Position numbers and translations under genes: made by a program | The notes under the pieces: generated by a model | Told to the model about the DNA's origin: nothing | The model's input: the letters and a program-made list of their open reading frames with translations, nothing else | Database searches by the model: none | Part shown: piece after piece, positions 49,071 to 58,303 of the stretch | Position numbering within the stretch: the first letter of the stretch is position 1 | Layout: every line of letters begins with the position of its first letter | Assembly: GCA_963814315.1 (NCBI GenBank) | Contig: CAWFCG010000001.1 | Location: 3,687 to 67,686 of the forward strand | Direction of reading: 5' to 3' | Source of the DNA: an uncultured Chloroflexia bacterium | GTDB lineage: Bacteria > Chloroflexota > Limnocylindria > Limnocylindrales > CSP1-4 | Length of the DNA: 64,000 nt

Positions 49071-50336
49071 CTAGGGGTAGAGACCACGCAGGGCGGTGGC
49101 CTTGGCGACGCGATCGACCGCCAGCAGGTAGGCGGCGGTGCGCATGTCGGTCTCTTCGCGCTCGGCCATGGCGAGCACCTCGGCGAAGGAGCGCACCATG
49201 ATGGCGGTGAGCTTGCTGTTGACGATCTCTTCTGACCACTGGTCGCGATTGAGGTCCTGCACCCACTCGAAGTAGGACACCGTCACACCACCGGCATTGC
49301 ACAGGATGTCAGGGATGAGGAAGACGCCCTTCCGCACGAGGACCTCGTCGGCGTCAGGGGTGGTGGGGCCGTTGGCCGCCTCGGCCACGATGCGTGCCTT
49401 GATGCGCTCGGCGTTGTCGATGGTGATCTGGTTCTCGAGGGCGGCGGGGATGAGCACGTCCACCTCCAGCTCGAGCAGCTCGGCGTTGCTGATGGGCGCG
49501 GCACCGGGGAAGCCGACGACCGTGCCGTGCTCGGCGAGCCAGGCGCGGACGGCACCGATGTCAAGACCATCGTCGTGGTAGATGGCGCCGAAGACGTCCG
49601 AGACCGCCACCACCTTCGAGCCGATGGCATGGAGGAGCGATGCGGCCACCGAGCCCACGTTGCCGAAGCCCTGCACCGCGATGCGGGCACCGATGATGTC
49701 GAGCCCCGTGTGGCGGGCAGCCTCGCTGATGGCCACCACGACGCCGCGCCCGGTGGCTTCCACGCGGCCTTCGGAGCCACCCAGGCTGATGGGCTTGCCG
49801 GTGACGACACCGGGCACGGTGTAGCCCACGTGCATGGAGTAGGTGTCCATGATCCAGGCCATCGTCTGGGCGTTGGTGTTGACGTCCGGTGCGGGGATGT
49901 CCTTCTCGGGCCCGATGAGGACGCTGATGTTGGTGGCGTAGCGGCGGGTCAGGCCCTCGAGCTCGCGCATCGAGAGCTTCGTGGGGTCGACGCACACGCC
50001 GCCCTTGCCACCGCCGTAGGGGATGCCCACCACGGCGCACTTCCAGGTCATCCACATGGCCAGGGCACGCACCTCGTTGAGCGTCACATCCTGGTGGTAG
50101 CGCAGGCCACCCTTCGACGGCCCGCGGCCCAGGTTGTGCTGGACCCGGTAGCCGGTGAATACCTTGACGCTGCCGTCGTCCATGCGCACCGGGATCGAGA
50201 CGATGAGCTCGCGCTCAGCTTCGCGCAGCACCGCGCGTAAGCCCGGTTCCAGGTCGAGCCGGTCGGCGGCGATGTCGAACTGGCGCTGGGCGACGGCCCA
50301 GGCATCGAGCACGGGCGTGAGCTGCGGAGCGGTCAT
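49071..50336 (-). CDS. gdh: Glu/Leu/Phe/Val-family (glutamate) dehydrogenase
   Basis: Motif KGGLRYHQDVTLNEVRALAMWMTWKCAVVGIPYGGGKGG (catalytic Lys region) plus a C-terminal NAD(P) Rossmann GFGNVG. Confidence 0.85.
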   Translation of the reverse strand: MTAPQLTPVLDAWAVAQRQFDIAADRLDLEPGLRAVLREAERELIVSIPVRMDDGSVKVFTGYRVQHNLGRGPSKGGLRYHQDVTLNEVRALAMWMTWKCAVVGIPYGGGKGGVCVDPTKLSMRELEGLTRRYATNISVLIGPEKDIPAPDVNTNAQTMAWIMDTYSMHVGYTVPGVVTGKPISLGGSEGRVEATGRGVVVAISEAARHTGLDIIGARIAVQGFGNVGSVAASLLHAIGSKVVAVSDVFGAIYHDDGLDIGAVRAWLAEHGTVVGFPGAAPISNAELLELEVDVLIPAALENQITIDNAERIKARIVAEAANGPTTPDADEVLVRKGVFLIPDILCNAGGVTVSYFEWVQDLNRDQWSEEIVNSKLTAIMVRSFAEVLAMAEREETDMRTAAYLLAVDRVAKATALRGLYP

Positions 50337-50519
50337 CAGAAGGACTCCACCTCCAGACGCGAGCGCCGGGCCCCTTTGGGTCAGGCGGGCGGGCTCGCAT
50401 GCACATCGGATCGGCGCGAGTGTACTCTGCGGCCGGGCGCGCCCAAAGGGCCATTCGGCCGAGTCCAGACGGGCGAGATGCGACGTTCGGCAGGCAGGAC
50501 GTGGCGTCAGGAGGCGAGG

Positions 50520-51365
50520 TCAGGAAGCTTTGACGCGGGTGATGCCCATCATGCCGGGGCCGACATGGGCACCCGCCACCGGACCGGTCAGGCTGACCTC
50601 GACCTGCTCGACCTCGACTCCGGCGGCAGCCGCCACCTGCGCTCGGAACCTCGCAACTTCGTCGGCGCCAGTGTGCAGTACTGCGACCTGCTCCAGCGAT
50701 CGCTCGCCGGCCATCTCCACCAGGCGTGCCAGAGCCTTGGCGGTGGTACGCAGCTTATCGGCTGAGGCCACCACACCGTCCTCCACGGTCAGGATGGGCT
50801 TGATCGAGAGCACGGTGCCCAGTAGCGCGGAGGCGCGACCGATGCGGCCGCCCTTCTGCAAGTACTCCAGGGTGTGCACCGTGAAGTGCAGGTCCATACG
50901 GCCCACGAGGTCGAGCACACGGTCGAGCACCTCCGCCTTCCCGGCGCCCGTCCGGGCAAGCTCTGCGGCGCGTTTGACGATGAGGCCCAGCGGTTGGGCC
51001 ACCGTCAGCGAGTCCACCACGTCCACCAGACCGGGCTCGAAGGCTCCCGCCGCCTGGGCCGCCGACGAATACGTCGCCGACAGCTTGGAGCTGAGCGTCA
51101 CACACACGACACCGTCCGCGCCGCTGTCGAACGCGTCCCGGTAGGCGGCCTCGAACTGGGCGGGGTTGGGGGCGGCGGTCCTGGGGAACGGCGCACCAGG
51201 CGCCGTGAGTCGTCGATAGAACTCCTCGTTGGAGATCTCGGTTACGGCCGCGAACGACTCGTCGCCGAAGCTCACCGTGAGCGGTACCAGTCGCACCGAG
51301 GTCGCCGCCGCTTCTTCGAGGGTCAGGTCAGATGACGTGTCGGTCACGATCGCGATGTTGGCCAT
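50520..51365 (-). CDS. DegV-family fatty-acid-binding protein
   Basis: IAIVTDTSSDL N-terminus and the conserved TLS/SxxxS core; 281 aa. Confidence 0.75.
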   Translation of the reverse strand: MANIAIVTDTSSDLTLEEAAATSVRLVPLTVSFGDESFAAVTEISNEEFYRRLTAPGAPFPRTAAPNPAQFEAAYRDAFDSGADGVVCVTLSSKLSATYSSAAQAAGAFEPGLVDVVDSLTVAQPLGLIVKRAAELARTGAGKAEVLDRVLDLVGRMDLHFTVHTLEYLQKGGRIGRASALLGTVLSIKPILTVEDGVVASADKLRTTAKALARLVEMAGERSLEQVAVLHTGADEVARFRAQVAAAAGVEVEQVEVSLTGPVAGAHVGPGMMGITRVKAS

Positions 51366-51481
51366 GGCTCATCGTAGGCCAATTCGTGGCGCTCGAGCAG
51401 CCTTCTCCCGCAGACACCACCCGGACCTCGGCGTCGCACCCTCGCGACGGACCTCGGCGACGGGCGGGTACGATGCGGGGC

Positions 51482-52231
51482 ATGAGCGAACGCGACCCTC
51501 GACGCTGCCTGGTCACGGGCGGCTCCTCTGGTATCGGCTATGCCACCGCTGCCCGACTGGCCGGTGACGGCTGGACGGTGACCTCGCTATCCCGGCGAAG
51601 GCAGGCGCCCGATGGCGTGAAGGCCATGGCCGGCGACGCCGCGGAGGTGGCTGACCTGGAGCGGGCGCTGGCGGTGGCAGCTGGCCCGGACGGCCGCCTT
51701 GATGGGCTGGTCTGCGCCGCAGGCGTGCCGCCGAGCGGACCTTGGGACGATGCTGCGCACTGGGAGCAGGTGCTCCGCGTCGATCTGACCGCTGCCTGGC
51801 AAGCCGTTCGCCTGGCGTGGCCGCTGCTGCGGGCGGCTAGAGGCTCGGTAGTGTTGCTCGGCAGTATCGTCGGCAGCGGCGAGGGTTCGTTCCGGTCGCC
51901 AGCCTATGCCGCAGCCAAGGCCGGCCTGGAAGGCCTGGGTCGTTCGATGGCGCTCATCGGGGCCAGGGAGGGGATCCGCGTCAACGTGCTGGCGCCCGGT
52001 GCCTTCGACACACCCTTCGACGAACTGCTCTTCCCGCCTTCCGCGCGCCCCGACGTGCCGCTCGGCCGCATGGGCACGCCAGGTGAGGCCGCCGGCATCG
52101 TCGCGTTCCTGCTGTCGGATGAGGCCGCGTACGTGAGCGGCTCGGTTTGGCGAGTGGACGGCGGGCGCAGCGTGCTCTCGCCAGCATCTTCGGCAGGTCG
52201 CGCCGCGCCCGAGGAGCACACCAAATCTTGA
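51482..52231 (+). CDS. SDR-family short-chain dehydrogenase/reductase
   Basis: TGGSSGIGYATA cofactor motif and YAAAK catalytic motif; internal ATG start chosen. Confidence 0.75.
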   Translation: MSERDPRRCLVTGGSSGIGYATAARLAGDGWTVTSLSRRRQAPDGVKAMAGDAAEVADLERALAVAAGPDGRLDGLVCAAGVPPSGPWDDAAHWEQVLRVDLTAAWQAVRLAWPLLRAARGSVVLLGSIVGSGEGSFRSPAYAAAKAGLEGLGRSMALIGAREGIRVNVLAPGAFDTPFDELLFPPSARPDVPLGRMGTPGEAAGIVAFLLSDEAAYVSGSVWRVDGGRSVLSPASSAGRAAPEEHTKS

Positions 52232-52839
52232 AGCTGCGTCGAGTGACCCCGGAGGCAGCGGGTTGGGGCCAGACCAAGGTCGGGCCGTGGACTCGCCACG
52301 AGCGGCGTCTCGGCTATCGAAACCCCTGGATCACCGTCTGGCATGACGATGTCACCCGGCCCGATGGCGAGCCGGGGATCTACGGCGTCGTCCACTTCGA
52401 GAACAGCGCTGTCGGCGTCGTTGCTATCGACGAGCAGGACCACGTCGTCCTGGTGGGCCAGCATCGCTACGCCTTCGATGAGCTGTCATGGGAGATCCCC
52501 GAGGGTGGCTCGCCGACGGGTGAGGATTCGCTCGCTGGTGCCAAACGGGAACTGCTCGAGGAGACCGGCATCACGGCGCGGTCGTGGCGTGAGATCGGCC
52601 GCTGGCAACTCTCCAACTCAGTCACTGACGAGGCCGCGGTGACGTATCTCGCCACCGACCTGCAGCAAGGCGAGGCGCAGCCGGAGGGTTCAGAGGAGCT
52701 GGCAGTCAGGTGGTTACCGTTCGACGAAGCCATGGAGATGGTGCGCCTGGGCGAGATGACCGACGCCCTGTCGGTGTTGACACTGCAGACATTGGCGCTG
52801 GAACGCGCGCGCGGCGGCGAACGCGCGGGCGGCAGCTGA
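52228..52839 (+). CDS. NUDIX hydrolase (ADP-ribose pyrophosphatase-like)
   Basis: Nudix box GGSPTGEDSLAGAKRELLEETGI; overlaps the SDR stop (TTGA). Confidence 0.7.
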   Translation: MKLRRVTPEAAGWGQTKVGPWTRHERRLGYRNPWITVWHDDVTRPDGEPGIYGVVHFENSAVGVVAIDEQDHVVLVGQHRYAFDELSWEIPEGGSPTGEDSLAGAKRELLEETGITARSWREIGRWQLSNSVTDEAAVTYLATDLQQGEAQPEGSEELAVRWLPFDEAMEMVRLGEMTDALSVLTLQTLALERARGGERAGGS

Positions 52840-53284
52840 GGACGCTGGCAGGCATCGCGCCTCGCAGGCACCACGAAAATCTGACCTGGCTGGCGCGCCG
52901 ACTGAGGACGCTAGGCAGGCACTTGACCTCGCCGGGCCGGCAAGTGTCCGGAATCCCGGATAGAGCGAGCAGATCCGACGCGTGGGACCGGACCGGCGGC
53001 GCTCACGACCGAGCCTTGCCGCCCAGCGGGGTCGGAATCGACCATTTCGTGCCGACGCGGGCCGACTACTCACCAATACTCCTGGCTCGATCGCCCAATT
53101 CCTGGCCGGATCGATCATCGTCTGGCTCGACCCTCGATGCACGGACGATCCTGTTCGCCCCATGTGGGAATCCGGCACGTTGGGCGCTGCCTCACGGGAC
53201 GGCCTCATGGAGAAGCCGAGGGCCGGAAGCACACAAGGCCTGCGCCGGGACATCAGTCGACCCGACACAGGCCGGAACCTCGGT

Positions 53285-53313
53285 TTGACAGTGCTGTCGG
53301 CGGCCGCTACTGT
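53285..53313 (+). promoter_or_regulatory. Sigma-70-like promoter (TTGACA - 17 nt - TACTGT) driving the aromatic leader and superoperon
   Basis: Consensus -35 at 53285..53290 and a TAnnnT -10 at 53308..53313, read from the sequence. The predicted TSS is ~3-5 nt before the leader ATG. Confidence 0.4.
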
Positions 53314-53323
53314 CCGAAGCCAC

Positions 53324-53350
53324 ATGACACGTTACTGGTACTTTAGCTAG
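53324..53350 (+). CDS. Aromatic-amino-acid leader peptide MTRYWYFS (8 codons, Tyr-Trp-Tyr-Phe)
   Basis: ATG ACA CGT TAC TGG TAC TTT AGC TAG, located 145 nt upstream of the DAHP synthase start and followed by an intrinsic terminator. Confidence 0.5.
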   Translation: MTRYWYFS

Positions 53351-53404
53351 CGGACACGAGGCGGCCGGGGGAGATCCCGGCGGCAGAGGCACTCGTGCCC
53401 GCGA

Positions 53405-53437
53405 CGCAGGACCCTCAGGGGCCTGCGTTTTTTCTTT
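53405..53437 (+). terminator. Rho-independent terminator / attenuator hairpin (CGCAGGACCC-tca-GGGGCCTGCG followed by TTTTTTCTTT)
   Basis: 9-bp GC-rich stem with one bulge, then a 6-U tract. Lies 58 nt upstream of the DAHPS ATG. Confidence 0.6.
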
Positions 53438-53494
53438 GCCTCATACGACACGAACGACCGAAGCAAGACACGACTGGATAAGGGTGGTAGCGAG

Positions 53495-54868
53495 ATGATC
53501 ATCGTGATGCGCACCGGAGCGGCGCAGGAAGAGATCGACGAAGTCAAGCAGGCCGTCGCGGCGGAGGGCCTGGAGACCTACGTGATGGTGGGCGAGGAGC
53601 GCATCGTCATGGGCGTCGTCGGTGTCGGCGTGGAGCGTGTGCAGCACGTCGAGCTGCTGCCCGGCGTGGAGCAGGTCATCCGCGTCAGCAAGCCCTACAA
53701 GCTCGCCTCGGTCGAGCACCACCCCGGCCGATCGAGGGTCCGGGTCGGCCCCGTCGAGATCGGGGCGGGCGCACCGGTGGTAGTCATCGCGGGGCCTTGT
53801 GCGGTCGAATCACGCGAACAGGTGTTGGCCACCGCGCGCTGGGTCAAGCGCGAGGGTGCCACCATCATGCGCGGCGGCGCCTTCAAGCCACGCTCCTCAC
53901 CGTACGCCTTCCAGGGACTCGGAGTCGAGGGTCTCAAGCTGTTGGCCGAAGCGCGCGAGGCCACGGGGCTACCCGTGGTCAGCGAGATCACCGACCCGGC
54001 CGATGTGCCGGTCTTCGATGAGTACGTCGACATGCTGCAGGTCGGCGCCCGCAACATGGCCAACTTCGTGCTCCTGAAGGCCGTGGGCCGGTCGAAGAAG
54101 CCGGTGTTGCTGAAGCGGGGCCTCTCGGCCACCATCGATGAGCTGCTGATGGCGGCTGAGTACATCTTAAGCTCCGGCAACCCCAACGTCATCCTTTGCG
54201 AGCGGGGCATCCGCACCTTCGAGACCGCCACCCGCAACACGCTTGACCTCTCCGCCGTGCCGGTCGTCCAGCAGCGCACGCATCTGCCCATCATCGTCGA
54301 TCCGTCACACGGCACCGGACAACGCGCCCTGGTGCGTCCGCTGGCCGTGGCCGGGGCCGCCGTGGGTGCCGATGGCATCATCATCGAGGTCCATCCCGAT
54401 CCGCCGAGCGCGCGTTCCGACTCCGAGCAGTCGCTCTCCTTCCCCGAGTTCGGTGACCTCATGGACGACCTGCGTCGCCACGAGTACCTGCGTCAGCCGA
54501 CCGCGCCGCATGTGCAGATCCACATCGAGCCACCGGCCGAGCGCAGACGGTTGCGGTCTCGTATCGATGATGTCGATTCACGCATCGCATCCTTGCTCGA
54601 AGAGCGGGCCGAGCTGTCGGTGGCCGTGCAGCAGACGCGAGATCCTGGCGACCACGGGCACGACGTGGGCCGTGAACGCGAGCTTATCGAGCGCGCCTCG
54701 CACGGCGGCGAGGGCGTGCTCACACCGGACGAGGTCGAGATGGTGTTCGGCGCCATCCTGCGCGTCTCACGCTCCGCCCAGCGTCGCAACGCCGCGGTCG
54801 ATGCTGCGGTCGCGGGTGGCGCCAGTCCGGACGCCGCGGCCGTCACGGGCAATGGTCTCGGCCAGTGA
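53495..54868 (+). CDS. Tri-domain type I-beta DAHP synthase: N-terminal ferredoxin-like (FL/ACT-like) regulatory domain + catalytic barrel + C-terminal AroQ-class chorismate mutase
   Basis: Residues 1-340 align closely with Thermotoga maritima DAHPS including its FL domain ([19 protein letters not shown]..., [35 protein letters not shown]). The C-terminal [28 protein letters not shown]...RERELIERA matches the chorismate mutase type II signature. Confidence 0.8.
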   Translation: MIIVMRTGAAQEEIDEVKQAVAAEGLETYVMVGEERIVMGVVGVGVERVQHVELLPGVEQVIRVSKPYKLASVEHHPGRSRVRVGPVEIGAGAPVVVIAGPCAVESREQVLATARWVKREGATIMRGGAFKPRSSPYAFQGLGVEGLKLLAEAREATGLPVVSEITDPADVPVFDEYVDMLQVGARNMANFVLLKAVGRSKKPVLLKRGLSATIDELLMAAEYILSSGNPNVILCERGIRTFETATRNTLDLSAVPVVQQRTHLPIIVDPSHGTGQRALVRPLAVAGAAVGADGIIIEVHPDPPSARSDSEQSLSFPEFGDLMDDLRRHEYLRQPTAPHVQIHIEPPAERRRLRSRIDDVDSRIASLLEERAELSVAVQQTRDPGDHGHDVGRERELIERASHGGEGVLTPDEVEMVFGAILRVSRSAQRRNAAVDAAVAGGASPDAAAVTGNGLGQ

Positions 54869-56226
54869 GCGACGAGCCTTCGACGCACGAGCGAAACGAA
54901 CGGGAAGAGGGGGACGGATTGGTCCGCGCGGCGCCGGCGCTGCTGGGTTCGTTGCGCCTGCCGGCCGACAAGTCGGTCGGGCACCGCGCTCTGCTCTTCA
55001 GTGCCATGGGCAGCGGCGCGGCTGAGATCCGCCTCGACCGGCCCGGTGAGGACATCCTCTCGATGGCCGGTGTGCTGCAGAGGCTGGGCGCGGTGCGCTC
55101 CGTCGAGACCGACGCTGCCGGCGTGGTGCGCGTCATCATCGATGGTGGCGGCTCGCCCAAGGCCGCCCGCCTGCCCGGGCGCGGTGGTGAGACGCTCGAC
55201 TGTGGCAATGCCGGCACCGCTATGCGGCTGCTCACGGGGGCGCTCGCGGGACGCCCCGCCGTGGCTACGCTGACGGGCGACTCGTCACTCTCGAGCCGAC
55301 CCATGGAGCGGGTGGCCGAACCACTGCGGATGGTTGGTGCAGAAGTGACCACGACGGGAGGCCATGCGCCCGTGGTCGTGGTCGGCCGGCGCCCGCTGCA
55401 GGCAGTCGATCACACGTTGTCGGTCGCCAGCGCCCAGGTCATCGGCTGCCTGACGCTGGCCGCCCTGGCGGCCGAGGGCACCACTACCATCACCGTTCCC
55501 GGTCCCACCCGCGACCACACCGAGCGCATGCTGGCCTGGTTGGGGGCACCGGTTCGACGCGAAGGGCAGCTCACCACCATCGAAGGCCCGGTCGGCTTCG
55601 ACAACCGTGACATCGCAGTCCCCGGTGACATCTCGTCGGCGGCCGCCTGGCTCGTGGCGGGCGCCCTCCATCCCGATGCCCACATCATCATCGAAGACGT
55701 GGGCCTGAACCCATCGCGCACCGGCATCATCGACGTGCTGCGCGACATGGGGGCGGAGATCAAGGTCGCTTCGGAAGGGCCGACCCACGACTGCCCCGAG
55801 CCGGTCGGCACCATCACCGTCGACGGCGGCCACCCGCTGCATGCCATCGATCTCGCCGGTGACCGCGTCGCCGACATCATCGATGAGCTACCGCTCATCG
55901 CGGTGGCCATGGCGGCGGCGGACGGGGTGAGCACCCTGCGCCATGCCGCCGAGCTGCACTTCAAGGAATCGGACCGCATCAAGCTGGTGGTCGAGAACCT
56001 GCGGGCCGTCGGCGCACACGCCGAGGAGCGTGAGGATGGTTGGGTAGTGTCCCGTGGCGTGCCCCGCGATGCGGCCATCCGTACCCTGGCCGACCATCGC
56101 ATCGCCATATCGTTCGCCATCGCCGCTCTGGCCGGCGTGGCCGGTACCGTTGACATCGACGATCCCGCCTGCGCGGCCGTCTCCTATCCCACCTTCTGGA
56201 CGGACATGGAGCAGCTCATCCCATGA
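54865..56226 (+). CDS. aroA: 3-phosphoshikimate 1-carboxyvinyltransferase (EPSP synthase)
   Basis: [26 protein letters not shown]-terminal motif. GTG start overlaps the DAHPS stop (GTGA). Confidence 0.85.
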   Translation: MSDEPSTHERNEREEGDGLVRAAPALLGSLRLPADKSVGHRALLFSAMGSGAAEIRLDRPGEDILSMAGVLQRLGAVRSVETDAAGVVRVIIDGGGSPKAARLPGRGGETLDCGNAGTAMRLLTGALAGRPAVATLTGDSSLSSRPMERVAEPLRMVGAEVTTTGGHAPVVVVGRRPLQAVDHTLSVASAQVIGCLTLAALAAEGTTTITVPGPTRDHTERMLAWLGAPVRREGQLTTIEGPVGFDNRDIAVPGDISSAAAWLVAGALHPDAHIIIEDVGLNPSRTGIIDVLRDMGAEIKVASEGPTHDCPEPVGTITVDGGHPLHAIDLAGDRVADIIDELPLIAVAMAAADGVSTLRHAAELHFKESDRIKLVVENLRAVGAHAEEREDGWVVSRGVPRDAAIRTLADHRIAISFAIAALAGVAGTVDIDDPACAAVSYPTFWTDMEQLIP

Positions 56227-57518
56227 CCCTGCGACGCCTTCGACTCCTCACTGCCGGCGAGTCCCACGGACCAGGCTTGTCCGGAATCCTCGAGGGCCTC
56301 CCGGCCGACCTTCGCGTCTCCACAGCCAAGGTTGACAAGGAGCTGGCTCGACGGCAGCACGGCTACGGCAGCGGGCGACGTATGACCATCGAACGTGACC
56401 GCGTGGCGTGGACGGCGGGCCTTCGCTTCGGTCGCACGCTGGGTTCTCCCCTCGCCTTCAGTATTGCCAACCTCGACTGGACCAACTGGGAAGAGCGCAT
56501 GTCAGTCGAGCCGACCGCCGCATCGCGCCGGCCCAAGCCCATCACCCTGGCGCGCCCGGGACACGCCGACCTCGCAGGCGCGATCAAATACGACACCGGC
56601 GACATCCGCAACGTGCTCGAGCGCGCCTCCGCTCGCTCCACGGCTCCTCGTGTCACCGCCGGCGCGGTCTGCCGCCAACTGCTGGAGGTGTGCGGCGTGC
56701 GCATCTGGTCCTTCGTCGACCAGCTGGGGCCAGTGCAGGCGTACGGAGGCGTCGATGAGCCGGCAACCCTGGTGCCGGCAGATTGGGTCGGACAGGACCG
56801 GCGCCATCCCACGCCACTGCGATGCCCTGATCCCGAGGCTGAGGCGGCCATGATGACCGAGGTAGACGCAGCCATCGCGGCCGGGGATTCGGTCGGCGGC
56901 TCATTCGTCGTAGTCGCGCAGGGCATGCCCGTGGGCATCGGCTCGAGCGCCGAGTGGGACACGCGTATCGACACCGCCATCGCCGCGGCACTGATGGGCA
57001 TCCAGGCCGTGAAGGGCGTGGAGATCGGCCTGGGATTCGGGACGGTGGCACGACGTGGCTCGCAGATCCACGACGAGGTGAAGCCAGGAGCGCCCGACTG
57101 GGAGCGCAAGACCAATCGTGCCGGCGGCACGGAGGGCGGCATGAGCAACGGCGCTGACATCGTGGCTCGGGTGGCCGTCAAACCGGTCTCTACGCTTCGC
57201 AAGCCGCTCGACTCGGTCGATCTGGAGACGGGCGAGGTGCGGCGCGCGCACATCGAGCGCAGCGACGTGGCCATCACCCCGCGCGCGGCGGTGGTGGGCG
57301 AAGCCATGCTGGCGCTGGCCCTGGCCGACGCCCTGCTGGCCGACCTCGGTGGCGACACCATCGCTGACGTGCGGGCGGCCGTACGGCGTCGCCGCTCGCG
57401 CTCCAGAGGTCCACGCGGCGGGACCGCGGCATCGGGCCTGATCGATGCGCTGCCGGACAACGCCGCCGAAGAGGCCACGGCTGTCGAGGGCAGCGTGGTC
57501 GAAGGCGCCGACGCCTGA
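56223..57518 (+). CDS. aroC: Chorismate synthase
   Basis: LRLLTAGESHGPGL signature; ATGA overlap. Confidence 0.85.
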   Translation: MTLRRLRLLTAGESHGPGLSGILEGLPADLRVSTAKVDKELARRQHGYGSGRRMTIERDRVAWTAGLRFGRTLGSPLAFSIANLDWTNWEERMSVEPTAASRRPKPITLARPGHADLAGAIKYDTGDIRNVLERASARSTAPRVTAGAVCRQLLEVCGVRIWSFVDQLGPVQAYGGVDEPATLVPADWVGQDRRHPTPLRCPDPEAEAAMMTEVDAAIAAGDSVGGSFVVVAQGMPVGIGSSAEWDTRIDTAIAAALMGIQAVKGVEIGLGFGTVARRGSQIHDEVKPGAPDWERKTNRAGGTEGGMSNGADIVARVAVKPVSTLRKPLDSVDLETGEVRRAHIERSDVAITPRAAVVGEAMLALALADALLADLGGDTIADVRAAVRRRRSRSRGPRGGTAASGLIDALPDNAAEEATAVEGSVVEGADA

Positions 57519-58303
57519 TGGCAGTGGCGCTGTCGTTCCAGCTGCTCGGTCACGGCATCGCCTACTCGGCGTCACCAGCCATGATGTCCGCCGCCTTCGC
57601 GGCCCTGCATCTGCCGCATCGATACATGCTGGCCGATGTCCCGGCAGCCGAGGTTGCCACTGCCGTGTCGCGGCTGAGGGAACGAGACTCGGGCGGAGCC
57701 AACGTCACCGTGCCCCACAAGACCACCGTGGCGGCGCTGATGGATGATGTCTCCGACGTGGCGCGTGCCGCCGGTGCGGTCAACACCGTGGTCCGCGAGG
57801 GTGATCGGCTCATCGGGCACAACACGGACATGCCGGCCACGGTCGAAGCCATCGAGCGGCTTTGTCCTGATGGTGTGGGCCACGCACTCATCCTCGGCGC
57901 CGGCGGCGCAAGCCGCGCCGTGCAGCTGGCGCTGGCGGAGGTCGCCGTTGGGCGCGTGACGGTCTTGCGCCGCTCTGACGGCTCGCTGGAACACCTGGCC
58001 GACGCCATCATCAGCGCCGATCTACTGGTCAACGCCACGCCGGTGGGGACCGGCTCCGACGAGAGCCTGGTGCCGATGGAGCTGCTGCGCCCGGGCCTGG
58101 CCGTCCTCGACCTGGTGTATCGGCCCAGCCCGACGTGCCTGGTTCGTGATGCCCGAGCCGTCGGCGCCAGCGCCGAATTGGGTGCCGCCATCCTGCTGGG
58201 CCAAGCTTGGCGTTCGCTGGAGCTGTGGCTTGGGACGCCAGCGCCGATCGACGTGATGCGCGCGGCATTGGATGCGGAGCTCGGCGGTCACGCTGGTGTC
58301 TGA
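57518..58303 (+). CDS. aroE: Shikimate dehydrogenase
   Basis: GIAYSASPAM and NVTVPHK motifs plus the NAD(P) motif GAGGASRAV; TGATG overlap with aroC. Confidence 0.8.
   Translation: MAVALSFQLLGHGIAYSASPAMMSAAFAALHLPHRYMLADVPAAEVATAVSRLRERDSGGANVTVPHKTTVAALMDDVSDVARAAGAVNTVVREGDRLIGHNTDMPATVEAIERLCPDGVGHALILGAGGASRAVQLALAEVAVGRVTVLRRSDGSLEHLADAIISADLLVNATPVGTGSDESLVPMELLRPGLAVLDLVYRPSPTCLVRDARAVGASAELGAAILLGQAWRSLELWLGTPAPIDVMRAALDAELGGHAGV

Noticed and set aside
53347-53547. 66-aa minus-strand ORF across the attenuator and DAHPS start
   Set aside because: It overlaps the terminator hairpin and the start of a strongly supported gene on the other strand, with no RBS. Considered noise.
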